64,000 nt of DNA from positions 2,624,001 through 2,688,000 of the forward strand of contig OZ253470.1 in NCBI GenBank assembly GCA_965261735.1, written 5' to 3'. Position numbers and translations under genes: made by a program. The notes beneath the pieces are model-generated. The model was not told the DNA's origin. It made no database searches and was given only the letters and a program-made list of their open reading frames with translations. Shown piece after piece: positions 35,966 through 47,898 of this stretch (its first letter is position 1; every line of letters starts with the position of its first letter). The DNA comes from Alphaproteobacteria bacterium (lineage in GTDB: Bacteria > Pseudomonadota > Alphaproteobacteria > SHVV01).

Positions 35966-36187
35966 CTACTTCAGCCTGCCGTAGCGCTTGGCGAGTCCTT
36001 CGCGAACCAGGCGCTCGATGGCGCCACCGACGAGATCGAATTCGACCTGCCCGGCGGGAAAGAAGACGTGCTCGGTGGCGCCGTCCTCGCCGAATGTGAC
36101 GATGCCGTGTCCCTCCGGCAGATCGACGACGGCACCGCCGACGGTGGCAGCCTTGGCGGTCTCGAAATAGTAGTTCCACCTCTTCAT
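35966..36187 (-). CDS. 73-aa hypothetical protein co-oriented upstream of mreB
   Basis: ATG at 36187, high-GC3 codons, ~40-bp gap to mreB. Confidence 0.55.
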   Translation of the reverse strand: MKRWNYYFETAKAATVGGAVVDLPEGHGIVTFGEDGATEHVFFPAGQVEFDLVGGAIERLVREGLAKRYGRLK

Positions 36188-36709
36188 GGGCGGCCCTTGC
36201 GCTGGTTCGCTCAGCCTCAACCTTGACACAAATATCCAGCACCTGACCACCGGCGCCGTAGCCGGGTCAGTAGGCCAGCGAGGCGTGTCCAGAGCGTTCG
36301 CATGGGCCCAGCGTAGCGCCCTCACGAGGGCCTGCCAACGGGACACTGCACGGCGCGTCGAGCTTGCCGCACAATCGTGACGGGACTGAAAATCGATTGA
36401 CGTCCGCCGCGAGGCCGATTTCGGGATCTTCGGGCTCTCGGGCGCCAGCTACGACCGCCTGAGAAGCCCGATAGCGCGTTTCTCGGGGGCGGCCGGTAGG
36501 ATTTTTGCCCTGAGAAACCGCGCAACATTCTTTCAACACCCCGCGTGGCCCGCTGGGCGCTTTTCCTTGGCGCTGACGTGGCGTACTGTCGGCGCTGGCG
36601 ATACATCCACCGCTGTTCACACTTTGAGCTGGCCGCGCGCATAGTTTCGGGCACATCACACCCCATGACGGCACCTCGTCCTACGACAACGCCAGGGGGG
36701 GTGCGCGCT

Positions 36710-37477
36710 ATGCCGATCAGGCGGATTTTGATTGAAAATATTCGGTACAAGCGTCGATTGCGCGAGGTCAACAACGAGCGGGTTTTAGCTCTCGCGAACA
36801 GTATAGATGCTATCGATCTCCAAGTTCCTGTCACGGTTTATAAGGAGGAGGACGGAGAATATGTGCTCGTCGCTGGACTTCACCGTTTAAAAGCGGCTCA
36901 GCGGCTTGGGTGGGATTATGTCAGCGCGGAAATCACGTCTTTAGATGAGCTGGACCGCAAACTCTGGGGAATTGACGAGAATCTTTGCCGCGCCGAATTA
37001 ACCGCGCTGGAACGAGCCCAGCATTTGCAACTCCGGCAAGAAATCTGGTCGGCGAGGCGGAGTTCCGGGCAGACTTCGCCCGAAACTGCCCCCGGCGTAG
37101 GGCGACCGAAAGGCTTCGCCACGACGACCGAGCAGGCAACGGGCATCCCGAAGCGCACGATCAACCAAGACATTCGCCGAGCAGATGAAATCCTAGCGGA
37201 TTTCCAAAGTCGCATCGCCGACACAAGGATAGCCGAATCTGGGGTAGAGCTGGAAGCGCTCGCGTCGGCTCGGCCTGAGCAGCAGCGGGAGGCAGTTCAG
37301 AAAGTCCTGAGCAGCGAAGCCGAGACGGTGCGCGAAATCATCGTGAGCCCGGACAATATTATTGACGACAAAAATGCAGATCGGGATCTCAAGAACCTGC
37401 GGAAAGCTTGGGACCAAGCCAGCCCAACCGCCCGATTGCGCTTCCTCCAAACGCTGTACGATGAGAGCCACATATAG
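36710..37477 (+). CDS. ParB/Srx N-terminal domain protein with HTH (phage type)
   Basis: LANSI...LQVPVTV...LVAGLHRLKAA, DENLCRAELTALE; no parA nearby. Confidence 0.85.
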   Translation: MPIRRILIENIRYKRRLREVNNERVLALANSIDAIDLQVPVTVYKEEDGEYVLVAGLHRLKAAQRLGWDYVSAEITSLDELDRKLWGIDENLCRAELTALERAQHLQLRQEIWSARRSSGQTSPETAPGVGRPKGFATTTEQATGIPKRTINQDIRRADEILADFQSRIADTRIAESGVELEALASARPEQQREAVQKVLSSEAETVREIIVSPDNIIDDKNADRDLKNLRKAWDQASPTARLRFLQTLYDESHI

Positions 37478-37970
37478 AAATTCTCGTCAGGCTGACGGCT
37501 GTTTTTTCTCGTACGCTTGCTGTGCCTTGTTGGGTTCGCTAAATGCTCTTGGTCAGGCGGGGCCACGGTCTTGATTCGCGCCAGCAGCGGGGGCTGCGAT
37601 TTGATTCGCACTCTCGTCGGGAGCGCTAGCGCGCTGACAGGCGAGGCCGCCGTAGCGGGTCCGCAAGATCCGGGCCGGCCCACTTCGAGCCCCGGAGCTT
37701 GCGCAAAGATGGCGAGATGGAGGTCCGCGGTCGACGCCTGTTCGCGGACGAGGGCGTAGCTCCCGTCCGCCGCCGCTAGCAGGGCCAGTTCACCGCCCGG
37801 AGCGACAGGCGCTCTTCCTGATCGATTCCGATTCACGCGGCCTGCTCCTGCAGGTAGTCGAATAAGATCGGGCCATCGCTCAGATAGAGGACCAGCATCC
37901 CTGCGGGGCGGGTCTTGGGCCAGGCGCAATGGTGGCCACTAATCCTCTCCTCAACTGCGGCTCGGCGTTT

Positions 37971-38795
37971 TCAGCTCCCGAGAAAACCGCGCAGCGTCGC
38001 CACAAATTTCTCCGGGTGCTCGATTTCCGGGAGGTGGCCGCAGTTCTCGAACGCTACCAGCTTGGCGCCCTCGATGCGCTGGTGGTTGGCCTCGATGATC
38101 TCGATCGACGCACGGATGTCCTGGCGCCCGCACAGGAATAGGGTCGGGATCTTGATTCGGTCCGGGCGGATGCGGACAGCGTCGTCGTCCGCGTGCGCGA
38201 TGAAGTTCTCGCCGAGCTCGGTGTAGGCCTCGAGCCGATCCGGCTGGGCGTAGATCGTGACCTGTATCAGGGCGATGTCGGCCGGCGAACTCTTCCGATC
38301 GAAGCAGATGTTCGCCATGCGGTCGATGCAGGATTGCCAGGTGACGTTGGTCATCGCCCTGGTGCCGTTCGCCATCGTCGCGCGGACGCCGCCGGGATCG
38401 AGCGTGCCGGTGTCCGAGACCGGCGTGTGGAGGCCGTCGATCACGAGCCTGGTGACTTGTTGGGGTCGCTCGAAGTAGAGCAGAGGCGCCAGGACGCCGC
38501 CGAGCGAGCTTCCCACCGCGGCGCCTTTCTCGATCCCGACCGCATCCATGAACCTAGCCAGATGCCGCGCCATGAACAGAGGAGCGGCCTCCTCACCAGG
38601 ATCGACCCAGTCGGTGAAGCCGTGGCCGAGGATGTCGGGCGCGAAGACCGCGTATCGCTCGGCCAGCGGATCGAGGACCTTGGCCCAGGCGTCGGCGCTG
38701 AGGCCAAAACCGTGGATTAGCAACAGCCCCTCGCCGCTACCGTCGTGGAGATATCGGGTGCGGATGCCGTCGATGTCGACGAATGAGACCTTCAC
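37971..38795 (-). CDS. Alpha/beta hydrolase
   Basis: IHGF, GHGF, GSSLGG nucleophile elbow, CGHLPEIE. Confidence 0.9.
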   Translation of the reverse strand: MKVSFVDIDGIRTRYLHDGSGEGLLLIHGFGLSADAWAKVLDPLAERYAVFAPDILGHGFTDWVDPGEEAAPLFMARHLARFMDAVGIEKGAAVGSSLGGVLAPLLYFERPQQVTRLVIDGLHTPVSDTGTLDPGGVRATMANGTRAMTNVTWQSCIDRMANICFDRKSSPADIALIQVTIYAQPDRLEAYTELGENFIAHADDDAVRIRPDRIKIPTLFLCGRQDIRASIEIIEANHQRIEGAKLVAFENCGHLPEIEHPEKFVATLRGFLGS

Positions 38796-38908
38796 GATGG
38801 CGCTCCTCTTATCAGTAAGCGCTTCGAAGCCGTTAGAGGCAATGCTTCAATCGTTAGCACGAAAGTGTAAGAATCTGCGACTCCATCACCGGGCCCGCGA
38901 CCACGCAA

Positions 38909-39940
38909 CCTTGGCTATCCGGTTTACACCCACACCCACTAGGGCTAGAATGGGCGCAACCCGGATATAGGGGAGCGCGCCATGGATGTTCTCGACCGCG
39001 CCGATCTCCCATTCCCGCATTCGCTACCCGAGTTCCAGCGACTTTTCCCCGATGATGCGGCCTGCGCCGCCTACCTGGAGAAAGCCCGCTGGGGAGACGG
39101 CTTTGCCTGCCCGCACTGCGGCACGGCGGGAGAGCCGTTCCACTTTGAAAACCGCCCTGGCGTCCTGCGCTGCCGCAAGTGCCGCCAGAACACCGGGCTG
39201 ACGGTGGGAACAGTGATGGAGCGTAGCCACACTCCGCTGAACGTCTGGTTCTGGGCCGCTTATCTGGTCGCCAGTCAGACGCCCGGCATGTCCGCCGTGC
39301 AGTTTCAGCGGTAACTTGGTCTTTCGCGCTACGAGACGGCCTTTCAAATTCTCCACAAGCTCCGCTCGGGCATGGTGCGGCCCAACCAAGACAGGATCGG
39401 TGGACAGCCCAAGAACCATGTTGAGGTGGACGAAACCTGGGTTGGCGGGCGAACGCGTGGGGAAGGCCGTGGTGTTCACCACAAGGTTCCCGTCTCCTGT
39501 GCCATCGACGTCGTGCTCGACCGTAGCGCCGAGTCGCTCTGTGGGTTCGTCGAGAGCACCGTCGCGCCGCGATCGCTGATCGTTACTGACGATTGGAGCG
39601 GCTATGCTGGCCTCGGGAAGCGCGGCTATGAGCACTTCGCTGTTGCCGAGTGTGGTGATCCAGAGGTTGCCGAGCAATACCTGCCGATCATCCATCTGGT
39701 TTTCGCCAACCTGAAGACGTGGCTGATCGGTATCCACCACGGCGTTAGCCACCAGCACCTACAAGCCTACCTCAACGAGTTCACCTTCCGCTTCAACAGG
39801 CGGTTCTACCCGTTCAACGCCTTCCGCTCATTGCTCGGCATCGCGGGCGACACCTCTGCTCCAACCTATGCCGAGCTTTACTCGGGAGAGTGGCGGCACC
39901 CTACATGTAGCGGTCATGGGCGTTAACCGGATAGGCAAGG
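38909..39940 (+). mobile_element. IS1595-family element B, copy 2 (transposase pseudogene)
   Basis: Both IRs present; CAA>TAA nonsense at 39312 and an internal deletion near 39508 relative to copy 3; no TSD. Confidence 0.92.
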
Positions 39941-40079
39941 TTCGTTCGTTTCCGCAAGCTACCCAGTGGTGGGTTCCGCCCAATAGCCGCGGCTTTGGGT
40001 GCGGCCTTCATCGCCTGCCGCAACCCGTGGAATAGGATCCCCTGCCGGGGCCATTGCCAAGCAAAGCCGCGTTGTCGGT

Positions 40080-40530
40080 GGCGGGTCGGTGAAGACGAAA
40101 AGCTCGAGCCCTACCGGCTTAAGGTCGTGCTGGTCGAGAACCGGCGGGTCAATGGCAGGGTGAAGCAAGAGACCATCGCCGTCCTCGGCAGCATAGAGGC
40201 GACCTGGCTCCCGGAATTCTGGGAGGGGATCGATCGAGAGGTCGCCGCCAACCTCAAAGCCGAGAAATGGGAGCTTTACTCGCTCAGGGAGCGTATCTCT
40301 TTCTGGAAGATCGCGAATCGCCGGCTGAAGCAGTTGACCAACAGACTAGGCCCCGACGTCAAACGTATCAGGATGGCGGCTCATGCCCGCGTACCCTGGC
40401 CGATGGAGGCCGGGGTGAAGCGGCTGGTACTTATGGAGACGAAAGAAGACTTGGATTTTTGGCGTCGCCACATGGGGTGGAGGCATAAGCAGAATGCGAG
40501 CCATAAGAAGATCATCGAACGCGCCCGCGT
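40080..40530 (+). pseudogene. Fragment of a hypothetical gene
   Basis: RLKVVLVENRRVNGRVKQETIAVLGSI...RISFW; both ends unclear. Confidence 0.45.
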
Positions 40531-40638
40531 AAACCCACGAAGGCGCGCGGAACGGCGAAACAGCGTCAGGAAGAATCATAGCGGATTCCTGACCGCCCGT
40601 CAAGTGCGCCTTTCTATTGACGCAAAGGAAGGCGAATC

Positions 40639-42016
40639 GTACCCAGCAAGATCGGAAGAACCACCGAATTCGAAATGTCCGTGGCCGTCCTGAGATACTT
40701 GCACCATCAGCCGGATGGTGAAGCTAGTGGATTGATTCCAACGTTTGGAACCCTCTGTTTCGTGCGGCGATGATATGATCGGGGTCGGCTTTCCAGATGA
40801 AGGGTTTTGGGTTTGCGTCATTGTATTCGCGGACAAATCGGTTGATGGCGGCCTGAAGGTCGACGACGGATTGGAAGACGCCGTATTTGAGCCTGCGCCG
40901 CGTTAGTTTGGCGAAGAAGCCCTCGACGGCATTGAGCCACGAGCACGAGGTTGGCGTGAAGTGGAAGGTCCAGCGTGGATGGCGGGCGAGCCAGGCGCGG
41001 ACCTTGTCCTTCTTGTGCGCGGCGTAGTTGTCGAGGATGACGTGGACGGCCTTGTCCGTCGGCACCTCGCGCTCGATGCGGTTGAGGAAGCGGATGAACT
41101 CCTGATGGCGGTGGCGCTGCATGTTCTGTGCGATGACCGTACCGTCCAGCACGTTGAGCGCGGCGAACAGCGTCGTCGTGCCATGCCGTTTGTAATCATA
41201 GGTCATCGTACCGGCGCGGCCCTTCTTCATCGGCAAGCCGGGTTGGGTGCGGTCGAGCGCCTGGATCTGTGATTTCTCATCAACCGACAGCACCACGGCA
41301 TGGGCCGGCGGATCGACATACAAGCCGACGATATCTGTGAGCTTCTCGGCGAAGGCGGGATCATTGGAGAGCTTGAAGTGCCGCCAGCGGTGCGGGCTGA
41401 GGCCATGGGCCTTCCAGATCGATTGGACCGTCGACGCCGCGACGCCAGCAACCTTCGCCATCGCGCGCAGCGTCCAGTGGGTCGCCTCGTGCGGCGGCGC
41501 TTGCTGGGTCAGGCGGACGATCTCGGCGACGCGCTCCGGCGGGATCGGCGCTTTGCTAGGCGGACGGGACCTGTCGCGAAGCAAGCCGTTGACACCCTCG
41601 TGCATGAACCGCTCCTGCCAGCGCCAGACACAGGTCTTGGACTTGCCGGTCTCGGCCATGATCGACGAGTTCCCGAGCCCCTCGTCGCTCTTCAGGATGA
41701 TCCGCGCCCGCCAGACATGTTTCTGCGAGCTCTTCGGGTCCGCGACGATAGCTTGCAATCGCTGACGGTCGCCAGACGTGACAGTAAAATGGATGCCGGT
41801 GCGCATAGCACAGACTCGCATGACACCGCACAATACGGAATCTCAAATCGGACTCTTTCGTTCCGATCAATCCACTAGCCAAGAAGAACTCAGAGCAGCC
41901 ATCTCCCATTACGTCGACTTGACGGATGGCGACATGGAAGACTCCCCTAGCCGACCCGGCGAGCAACGCTGGGAACAGATTATGCGGAACATCCAGTCAC
42001 ACCACTTAAGCCCGAA
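40639..42016 (+). pseudogene. Mrr-N-like winged-helix gene interrupted by IS630 copy 3 and cut by IS1595 copy 3
   Basis: After IS removal reads RTTEFEMSVAVLRYLHHQPDGEA|SQEELRAAISHYVDLTDGDMEDSPSRPGEQRWEQIMRNIQSH in frame. Confidence 0.6.
40727..41875 (-). mobile_element. IS630-family element, copy 3
   Basis: Near-identical to copies 1 and 2 (few substitutions); CTAG target. Confidence 0.95.
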
Positions 42017-43123
42017 TCTTGCATATCCGGTTAACACCCATGACCGCTACATGTAGGGTGCCGCCACTCTCCCGAGTAAAGCTCGGCATAGGTTGGAGCA
42101 GAGGTGTCGCCCGCGATGCCGAGCAATGAGCGGAAGGCGTTGAACGGGTAGAACCGCCTGTTGAAGCGGAAGGTGAACTCGTTGAGGTAGGCTTGTAGGT
42201 GCTGGTGGCTAACGCCGTGGTGGATACCGATCAGCCACGTCTTCAGGTTGGCGAAAACCAGATGGATGATCGGCAGGTATTGCTCGGCAACCTCTGGATC
42301 ACCACACTCGGCAACAGCGAAGTGCTCATAGCCGCGCTTACCGAGGCCAGCATAGCCGCTCCAATCGTCAGTAACGATCAGCGATCGCGGTGCGACGGTG
42401 CTCTCGACGAACCCACAGAGCGACTCGGCGCTACGGTCGAGCACGACGGCGAGCCGAACGCGTCCGGCATAGCGTCCGTCTTTCCGGTTGTCGAGCTTGG
42501 TGCCCGGCTTTCGATGACGCACCTCGATGGCACAGGAGACGGGAACCTTGTGGTGAACACCACGGCCTTCCCCACGCGTTCGCCCGCCAACCCAGGTTTC
42601 GTCCACCTCAACATGGTTCTTGGGCTGTCCACCGATCCTGTCTTGGTTGGGCCGCACCATGCCCGAGCGGAGCTTGTGGAGAATTTGAAAGGCCGTCTCG
42701 TAGCGCGAAAGACCAAGTTGCCGCTGAAACTGCACGGCGGACATGCCGGGCGTCTGACTGGCGACCAGATAAGCGGCCCAGAACCAGACGTTCAGCGGAG
42801 TGTGGCTACGCTCCATCACTGTTCCCACCGTCAGCCCGGTGTTCTGGCGGCACTTGCGGCAGCGCAGGACGCCAGGGCGGTTTTCAAAGTGGAACGGCTC
42901 TCCCGCCGTGCCGCAGTGCGGGCAGGCAAAGCCGTCTCCCCAGCGGGCTTTCTCCAGGTAGGCGGCGCAGGCCGCATCATCGGGGAAAAGTCGCTGGAAC
43001 TCGGGTAGCGAATGCGGGAATGGGAGATCGGCGCGGTCGAGAACATCCATGGCGCGCTCCCCTATATCCGGGTTGCGCCCATTCTAGCCCTAGTGGGTGT
43101 GGGTGTAAACCGGATAGGCAAGG
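42017..43123 (-). mobile_element. IS1595-family element B, copy 3 (intact transposase 42031-43050)
   Basis: CPHC/CRKC, EVDET, TDDW, YLNEFTFRFN; both IRs; no TSD. Confidence 0.93.
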
Positions 43124-43400
43124 AAGCTTCATGCTCGACACGCCCTTGAGGCTGGTTAGGTGCAAGTAGATAGCAAAGACCCACTTGCGGAGAGGGATAT
43201 GCGACTTGTGCATCACTGTCCCGGTCTTGACCGAGAAGTAGCCGCGACAGTCCGAGCACCGATAGGGCATGTTGTTATGGCCGGCCTCGTGGGTGTGTGT
43301 GCTCCCACAGTGGGGGCAATGCCTACCGCTTGGCCAGACACGGGCCTCAAACCACTCGCGCGCGCTTCCCTCGGTGGGAAACATGTCGCAAAGCTGCACT
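43124..43400 (-). pseudogene. Fragment of a third IS1595-type transposase
   Basis: FPTEGSAREWFEARVW...CPHCGS...YRCSDC...FSVKTGT...KGVSSMKL. Confidence 0.85.
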
Positions 43401-43402
43401 AG

Positions 43403-43791
43403 CAGGCTGCTGAAAAAGTCCTCGCCTTTGCAGTTGTGACATGATTCTGTGATTCCTTCGAGTGATGGAGGATGGCATGCGGGGTCGAGATCAAAGCAGT
43501 GGCAATTTATTCAGCTACGTAGACTTGGAAGAGCGTGTTCCGGATGATCATCCGCTGCGTCTGATCCGTGAGATCGTGAACGACGTATTGGGGTCTCTAT
43601 CTTCGGAGTTCGAGACGCTTTATTCCCACATGGGTCGCCCATCGATCCCGCCGGAGAAGCTTCTTCGAGCGTTACTGTTGCAGGCGTTTTATTCGATCCG
43701 CTCGGAGCGTCAGCTGATGGAGCAGCTAAACTTCAACATGCTGTTTTGCTGGTTTGTGGGGCTTGGGCTGGACGATGGCGTGTGGGACGCC
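43403..43791 (+). mobile_element. IS5-family element, 5' fragment (transposase from 43477)
   Basis: IR CAGGCTGCTGAAAAAGTCC after CTAG; LFSYVDLEERVPDDHPLR, GRPSIPPE, SIRSERQL; ends at VWDA. Confidence 0.88.
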
Positions 43792-44762
43792 AGCGCACGC
43801 AGGAACATTGGCTCGTTGGGTGCTCGCCCTGCCGTCAGACGAACGAAGAACTCGTGTCCCTCATCGGTCAGCGCAATGTGGCGAGGCTTGCCGGTCTTGG
43901 TGAACCGAACGAGTAACGTGCGGCTTTCCGAATTGAGGTCCGACACCTCCATCGCGGTGAGCTCGCCGTACCGCGCGCCCGTGTACAAGGCAGCTCGTAC
44001 CGGGGCGCGAAAGTCAGGCCTGCATGCGTTGATAAGCCGCACCGCCTCATCCGTCGATAGGAACCGCACCCGCGGTGCATCGACATTCGCGAACGGCTTG
44101 ACCCGCCGCCAAGCCCCGTTGCTTACGGCGTGGCCTTCGCGGTACGCAAAGTTCAGCGTTGCCTTGAGCACGGTGAGCGCGCGGTTGGCAGTGGATCGCC
44201 GCCGGCGGATACCCTCGGGATCGCTGGGCTGACTTCGGTATCTCTGTGGCTGGCCTCGCCCGGTGCGCGTCTTGGGGGCCCGTTCTGCTAGGTGGGAATG
44301 CCATTTCCGGATTGTCCCTGCGTCGAGCGTCGAAAGCTCGATCTCGCCGATGGTGGGGATGATCTCGCACTCGGCTACCCGTTGGGTCTCCTGGAAAGCC
44401 CTTGTGTGGCTCACGTCGCCGTCCAGGTAGTGACGAACGGCATCGCCTACTGAGTAGGGCCCCCGAGCAGCAGGGCTTGTCTGCGCCTCGCACCAGGCGC
44501 GTGCACCGTCAAGTGCCTGGGAGTAATCGAGGATGGCTGTGCCATCGGCCTCGAGTGCGTCGTCAGCGGATCCCAGTGCTTTGGTCACGTAGGAGCGGTT
44601 GGGCTTCCTCCAGCGAACGATCCATGTGCCGCCGTCCGCGCCCTTCCGATAGCCGAGGTGCGCGCCGCGGTCGATGGCACGCCAGTAAGGGGCCTTGCGT
44701 GGCGGGAGTTTCGACCGCGCGTTTCGCGTTGTAATAACCGCCTCGTTGACGTGGCGCCCCAT
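43792..44762 (-). pseudogene. Tyrosine integrase (island type), C-terminally truncated
   Basis: Arm-binding N-terminus HLGYRK..GGTW, TGARYGE, TKTG; HxLRH and the catalytic Tyr are lost at the IS5 junction. Confidence 0.88.
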
Positions 44763-44897
44763 CGACTGGCTCAGTCTCCACTATTTCTCTACTATATTCC
44801 CACGAACAGCGGTGGACAAGGCGAGCAATAAAGGACTAAAAACCAAGGGAACGGCCGGTTTTGTTTGTTCGTGGAAGTGCGTTAAAGTGCGCTTTTC

Positions 44898-46596
44898 CGC
44901 CCTCTCACGGCGAAAACAGGGGTTCGATTCCCCTAGGAGCGTGCGCCGCAGAAAGGTCCGCGCGGCAAAGTTGATAGCGGACGGGTTGTGGGTGGATTTG
45001 CGCAGGGGGAAGTATGATCCGATACGCCAGTTGCGTGTGGGAACTCCCGATGCCGACCACGTTTCGTGCCTACCAGCCGGACCAACCCTTGCTTTTGCCG
45101 CCGGACTTGCAGGAGTGGGTTTCCCCAGGGCACCTGGCTCATCACGTCAGCGATGTGGTCGATGCACTGGACTTGACGGCGTTCTATGCGCCCTACGAGG
45201 GGGACGGTCGACGCAACGCCCCCTACGAGCCGTCGATGATGGTCAAGGTGCTGATCTATGCCTACGCGACGGGCACATTCTCCTCGCGCGCGGTGGCGAG
45301 GAAGCTGGAGGAGGATGTAGCGTTTAGGATGCTCGCGGCGGGCAACTTCCCGCAACATCGCACGGTATGTGAGTTCCGACGCCGACATCTGGCGGAGTTC
45401 AGCGAGCTGTTTGTGGGGGTGGTGCAGGTGGCGCGCGAGATGGGACTGGCGCGGTTCGGCAAGCTCTCGGTCGACGGGACGAAGGTGCGAGCGAACGCGA
45501 GCAAGCGCAAGGCGATGAGCTATGAGCGGATGGGCAAAGAGGCGGCTCGCTTGCAGGCGGAGATCGAGGCGCTGCTGACGACGGCGGGGATGGTGGACGC
45601 CGAAGAAGACGAGCGTTGGGGCGAGGATTTCCGGGGCGACGAGTTGCCCGAGGAGTTGCAACGCAGGGAGAAGCGCCTGGCGGCGATCCAGGCAGCCAAA
45701 GCGCGTTTGGAGGCGGCGCAACGCGGGCGCGACGATGAGCGCGGGCGCGAGCCGGGGCAGGACCGCAATCCCCGGGGCGGGCGGCCTTACAAGCGGGCCT
45801 ACGGCGAGCCCGAGCCGAAGGCGCAGAGCAATTTCACCGATCCCGAGAGCCAGATCATGAAGACCAGCAGCGAGGGGTTCCAGCAGTGCTACAACGCGCA
45901 GATGGCGGTCGATGGGGAGCACCAGATCATCGTCGCGACTCAGGTGGGGCCACAGGCCAGCGACCAGGGTCAGCTGGTGGGGATGCTCGACGAGATCAAC
46001 GAGACGTTTGGGGTCGAGCCTGCGGTGGTACTGGCCGATGCGGGCTACTGCAACGAGCCGGATCTGTTGGAGCTGGAAGATCGCGGCATCGACGCGCACG
46101 TAGCGCTGGGGCGTGAAGGCAAGTCCCAGGTGGCGGTCGACCCGGCCCGGCTCCCTGCCACGCACCGCATGGGTGAGAAACTGGCGAGCCCCGCGGGCAA
46201 AGCCCGGTACGCGCAACGCAAGTGGCTCTCGGAGGCGCCGAACGGGTGGATCAAGGAGGTGCTCGGATTCCGACGATTCAGCCTGCGAGGCTTGGCGAAG
46301 GTGCGCGGCGAGTGGGACCTCGTGTGCTTGGCGTTGAACATCAAGCGGATGGGGACGGTGGCCACGTGCTGAGGCAGGTGCTGGCCTGCCAACGCACTTG
46401 ATCCGGGGCGCGCAGTGCCCATCGACCGCGTATGAAACGCGAATCTCTTCCCTTCCGGCCTTCCGGTCTGGGATTTCCATCCCAGAGTCGGGCGGGCCAG
46501 ATATCCACACTCGGGCCAAAATCCCACCTCTCCGGCGGCCGCGCGCCAATCGCCCAACATCAAAACTTCTACGGCGCACGCTCCTAGGGGACGCCA
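44898..46596 (+). other. att core: 3' half of tRNA-Glu(CTC), split by IS1182
   Basis: CGCC-CTCTCAC-GGCGAAAACAGGGGTTCGATTCCCCTAG (44898-44936) + GGGACGCCA (46588-46596); 5' half absent. Confidence 0.88.
44937..46583 (+). mobile_element. IS1182-family element (transposase 45050-46372)
   Basis: IR GAGCGTGCGCCGYAGAA, CTAG TSD, LSVDGTKVRANAS, LADAGY, GFRRFSLRG. Confidence 0.95.
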
Positions 46597-46672
46597 GTCC
46601 TTGTTTGAGCGCGCTAGCGCTTTGCGGCGTGGGTCTCCACTACTTCTCTACGACGCGCCGTTTGGCCCTCCC

Positions 46673-47803
46673 TCAGGCCGAGCGCAGCCGATCGAGCAGC
46701 CAGTCGACCTGATAGGGCAGCACCTCGGCCCAATTGTCGACGCTGATGTGCTCGGCGCCGCCTTCCGCCTCGTCGTAGAGACGCAGCTCCTTATCGGCCA
46801 CTTCCAGCTCCTCGTAAGCGCGGCGCGCCGAGGCGACGGGCACCATGCGGTCACGTACGCCGTGGGTGATAAGGACGGGGCAGCGCACCTGCCCGAGCAC
46901 ACCCTCGAGGCTGAACGCCGCGTATATGGCACGCGCCTGGGCGTCGTCTTCGGCGCCGGCGATCCACCGCAACTGACCGCGCAGCGGCGGGTAATGCGCG
47001 TAGATGTCGTCGCACACGCTGTACAGCGCCCCCCATGCGACGCATGCCGCGATGCGGTGCTCGAAGGCGACCGCGCGCAGCGCGTAGTAGCCCGCCATGC
47101 TGACGCCGAGGAGGCCGATTTGGTCGTGATCGATGTCGGCTCGCGTCGCCAGGTAGTCGAGCGCCGCCGCCACGGGGCGCTCGTAATCGGCGACGGTGGG
47201 CAGGCCAAGAAGGCGGATGGTGCTGCCCTGCCCGGGGCCATTGAAGACGAGGCAGGCGGCACCGCGGGCGGTGATGACGCGGACACCGCGAAAGAAGTTC
47301 TCCTCGGGCAGGGCATCGGCGCCGCTGAGGAAGATGACGCATGGCGCCGGCCCCGCGGCGGCGCGGGCTTCGGGTGGGAAGAAATAGCCGGCGAGCCGAT
47401 GGCCCTCGTAGGCGATGCTCACGGCCTCAAAGGGGTGGCGCGATGCAGCGAGCCCGCGTTCGAAGCAGGCGATGGCCTGGCGATAGAGAGAGAGCTTGCG
47501 CGCATCCTGTGCCGGCAACGCGCTCTCGGCCGTACGGAAATAGGTGAAGGCGCGGAAGAAGGCCTCGCTCGCGGTCGCCTCGTGGCCCTCGGCGCGGGCG
47601 CCATCGGCCACGGCCCGCGCGCGATCGCCGCGCCGCGCGAACGCCGCCTGCCAATCCTCGCGGTTGCCCGCGCGGATGCCGGAAGCTACCGCCAGCAGCT
47701 CATTGACGTCGGCGCCCCCCTGCATGGCCTCGGCCAGCAGCATGACCAGGATGGTCGAGAAGTCGAAGGCCTCTGGCGTACCGTCATTCCAGTAGCGGAA
47801 CAT
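46673..47803 (-). CDS. Alpha/beta hydrolase of FrsA / 2,6-dihydroxypseudooxynicotine hydrolase type
   Basis: GADALPEE, NGPGQG, GVSMAGYY, GGAEH. Confidence 0.85.
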   Translation of the reverse strand: MFRYWNDGTPEAFDFSTILVMLLAEAMQGGADVNELLAVASGIRAGNREDWQAAFARRGDRARAVADGARAEGHEATASEAFFRAFTYFRTAESALPAQDARKLSLYRQAIACFERGLAASRHPFEAVSIAYEGHRLAGYFFPPEARAAAGPAPCVIFLSGADALPEENFFRGVRVITARGAACLVFNGPGQGSTIRLLGLPTVADYERPVAAALDYLATRADIDHDQIGLLGVSMAGYYALRAVAFEHRIAACVAWGALYSVCDDIYAHYPPLRGQLRWIAGAEDDAQARAIYAAFSLEGVLGQVRCPVLITHGVRDRMVPVASARRAYEELEVADKELRLYDEAEGGAEHISVDNWAEVLPYQVDWLLDRLRSA

Positions 47804-47898
47804 GGCGGGCCTCCTTCTGCTCGGCCGCTTTCGCGCCGGCCGCCCCCGGGGCACGCCCGCGCCGCCGATGTGTCACGACGCGCGGGACCGGCCGCGAT

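Noticed and set aside
43462-44232. Overlapping antiparallel transposase and integrase genes
   Set aside because: Both are truncated at a single junction near 43791 and read through into each other's antisense.
44898-46596. Functional or intron-containing tRNA-Glu
   Set aside because: The 5' acceptor and D arms are missing, and the insert is an IS1182 with IRs and TSD.
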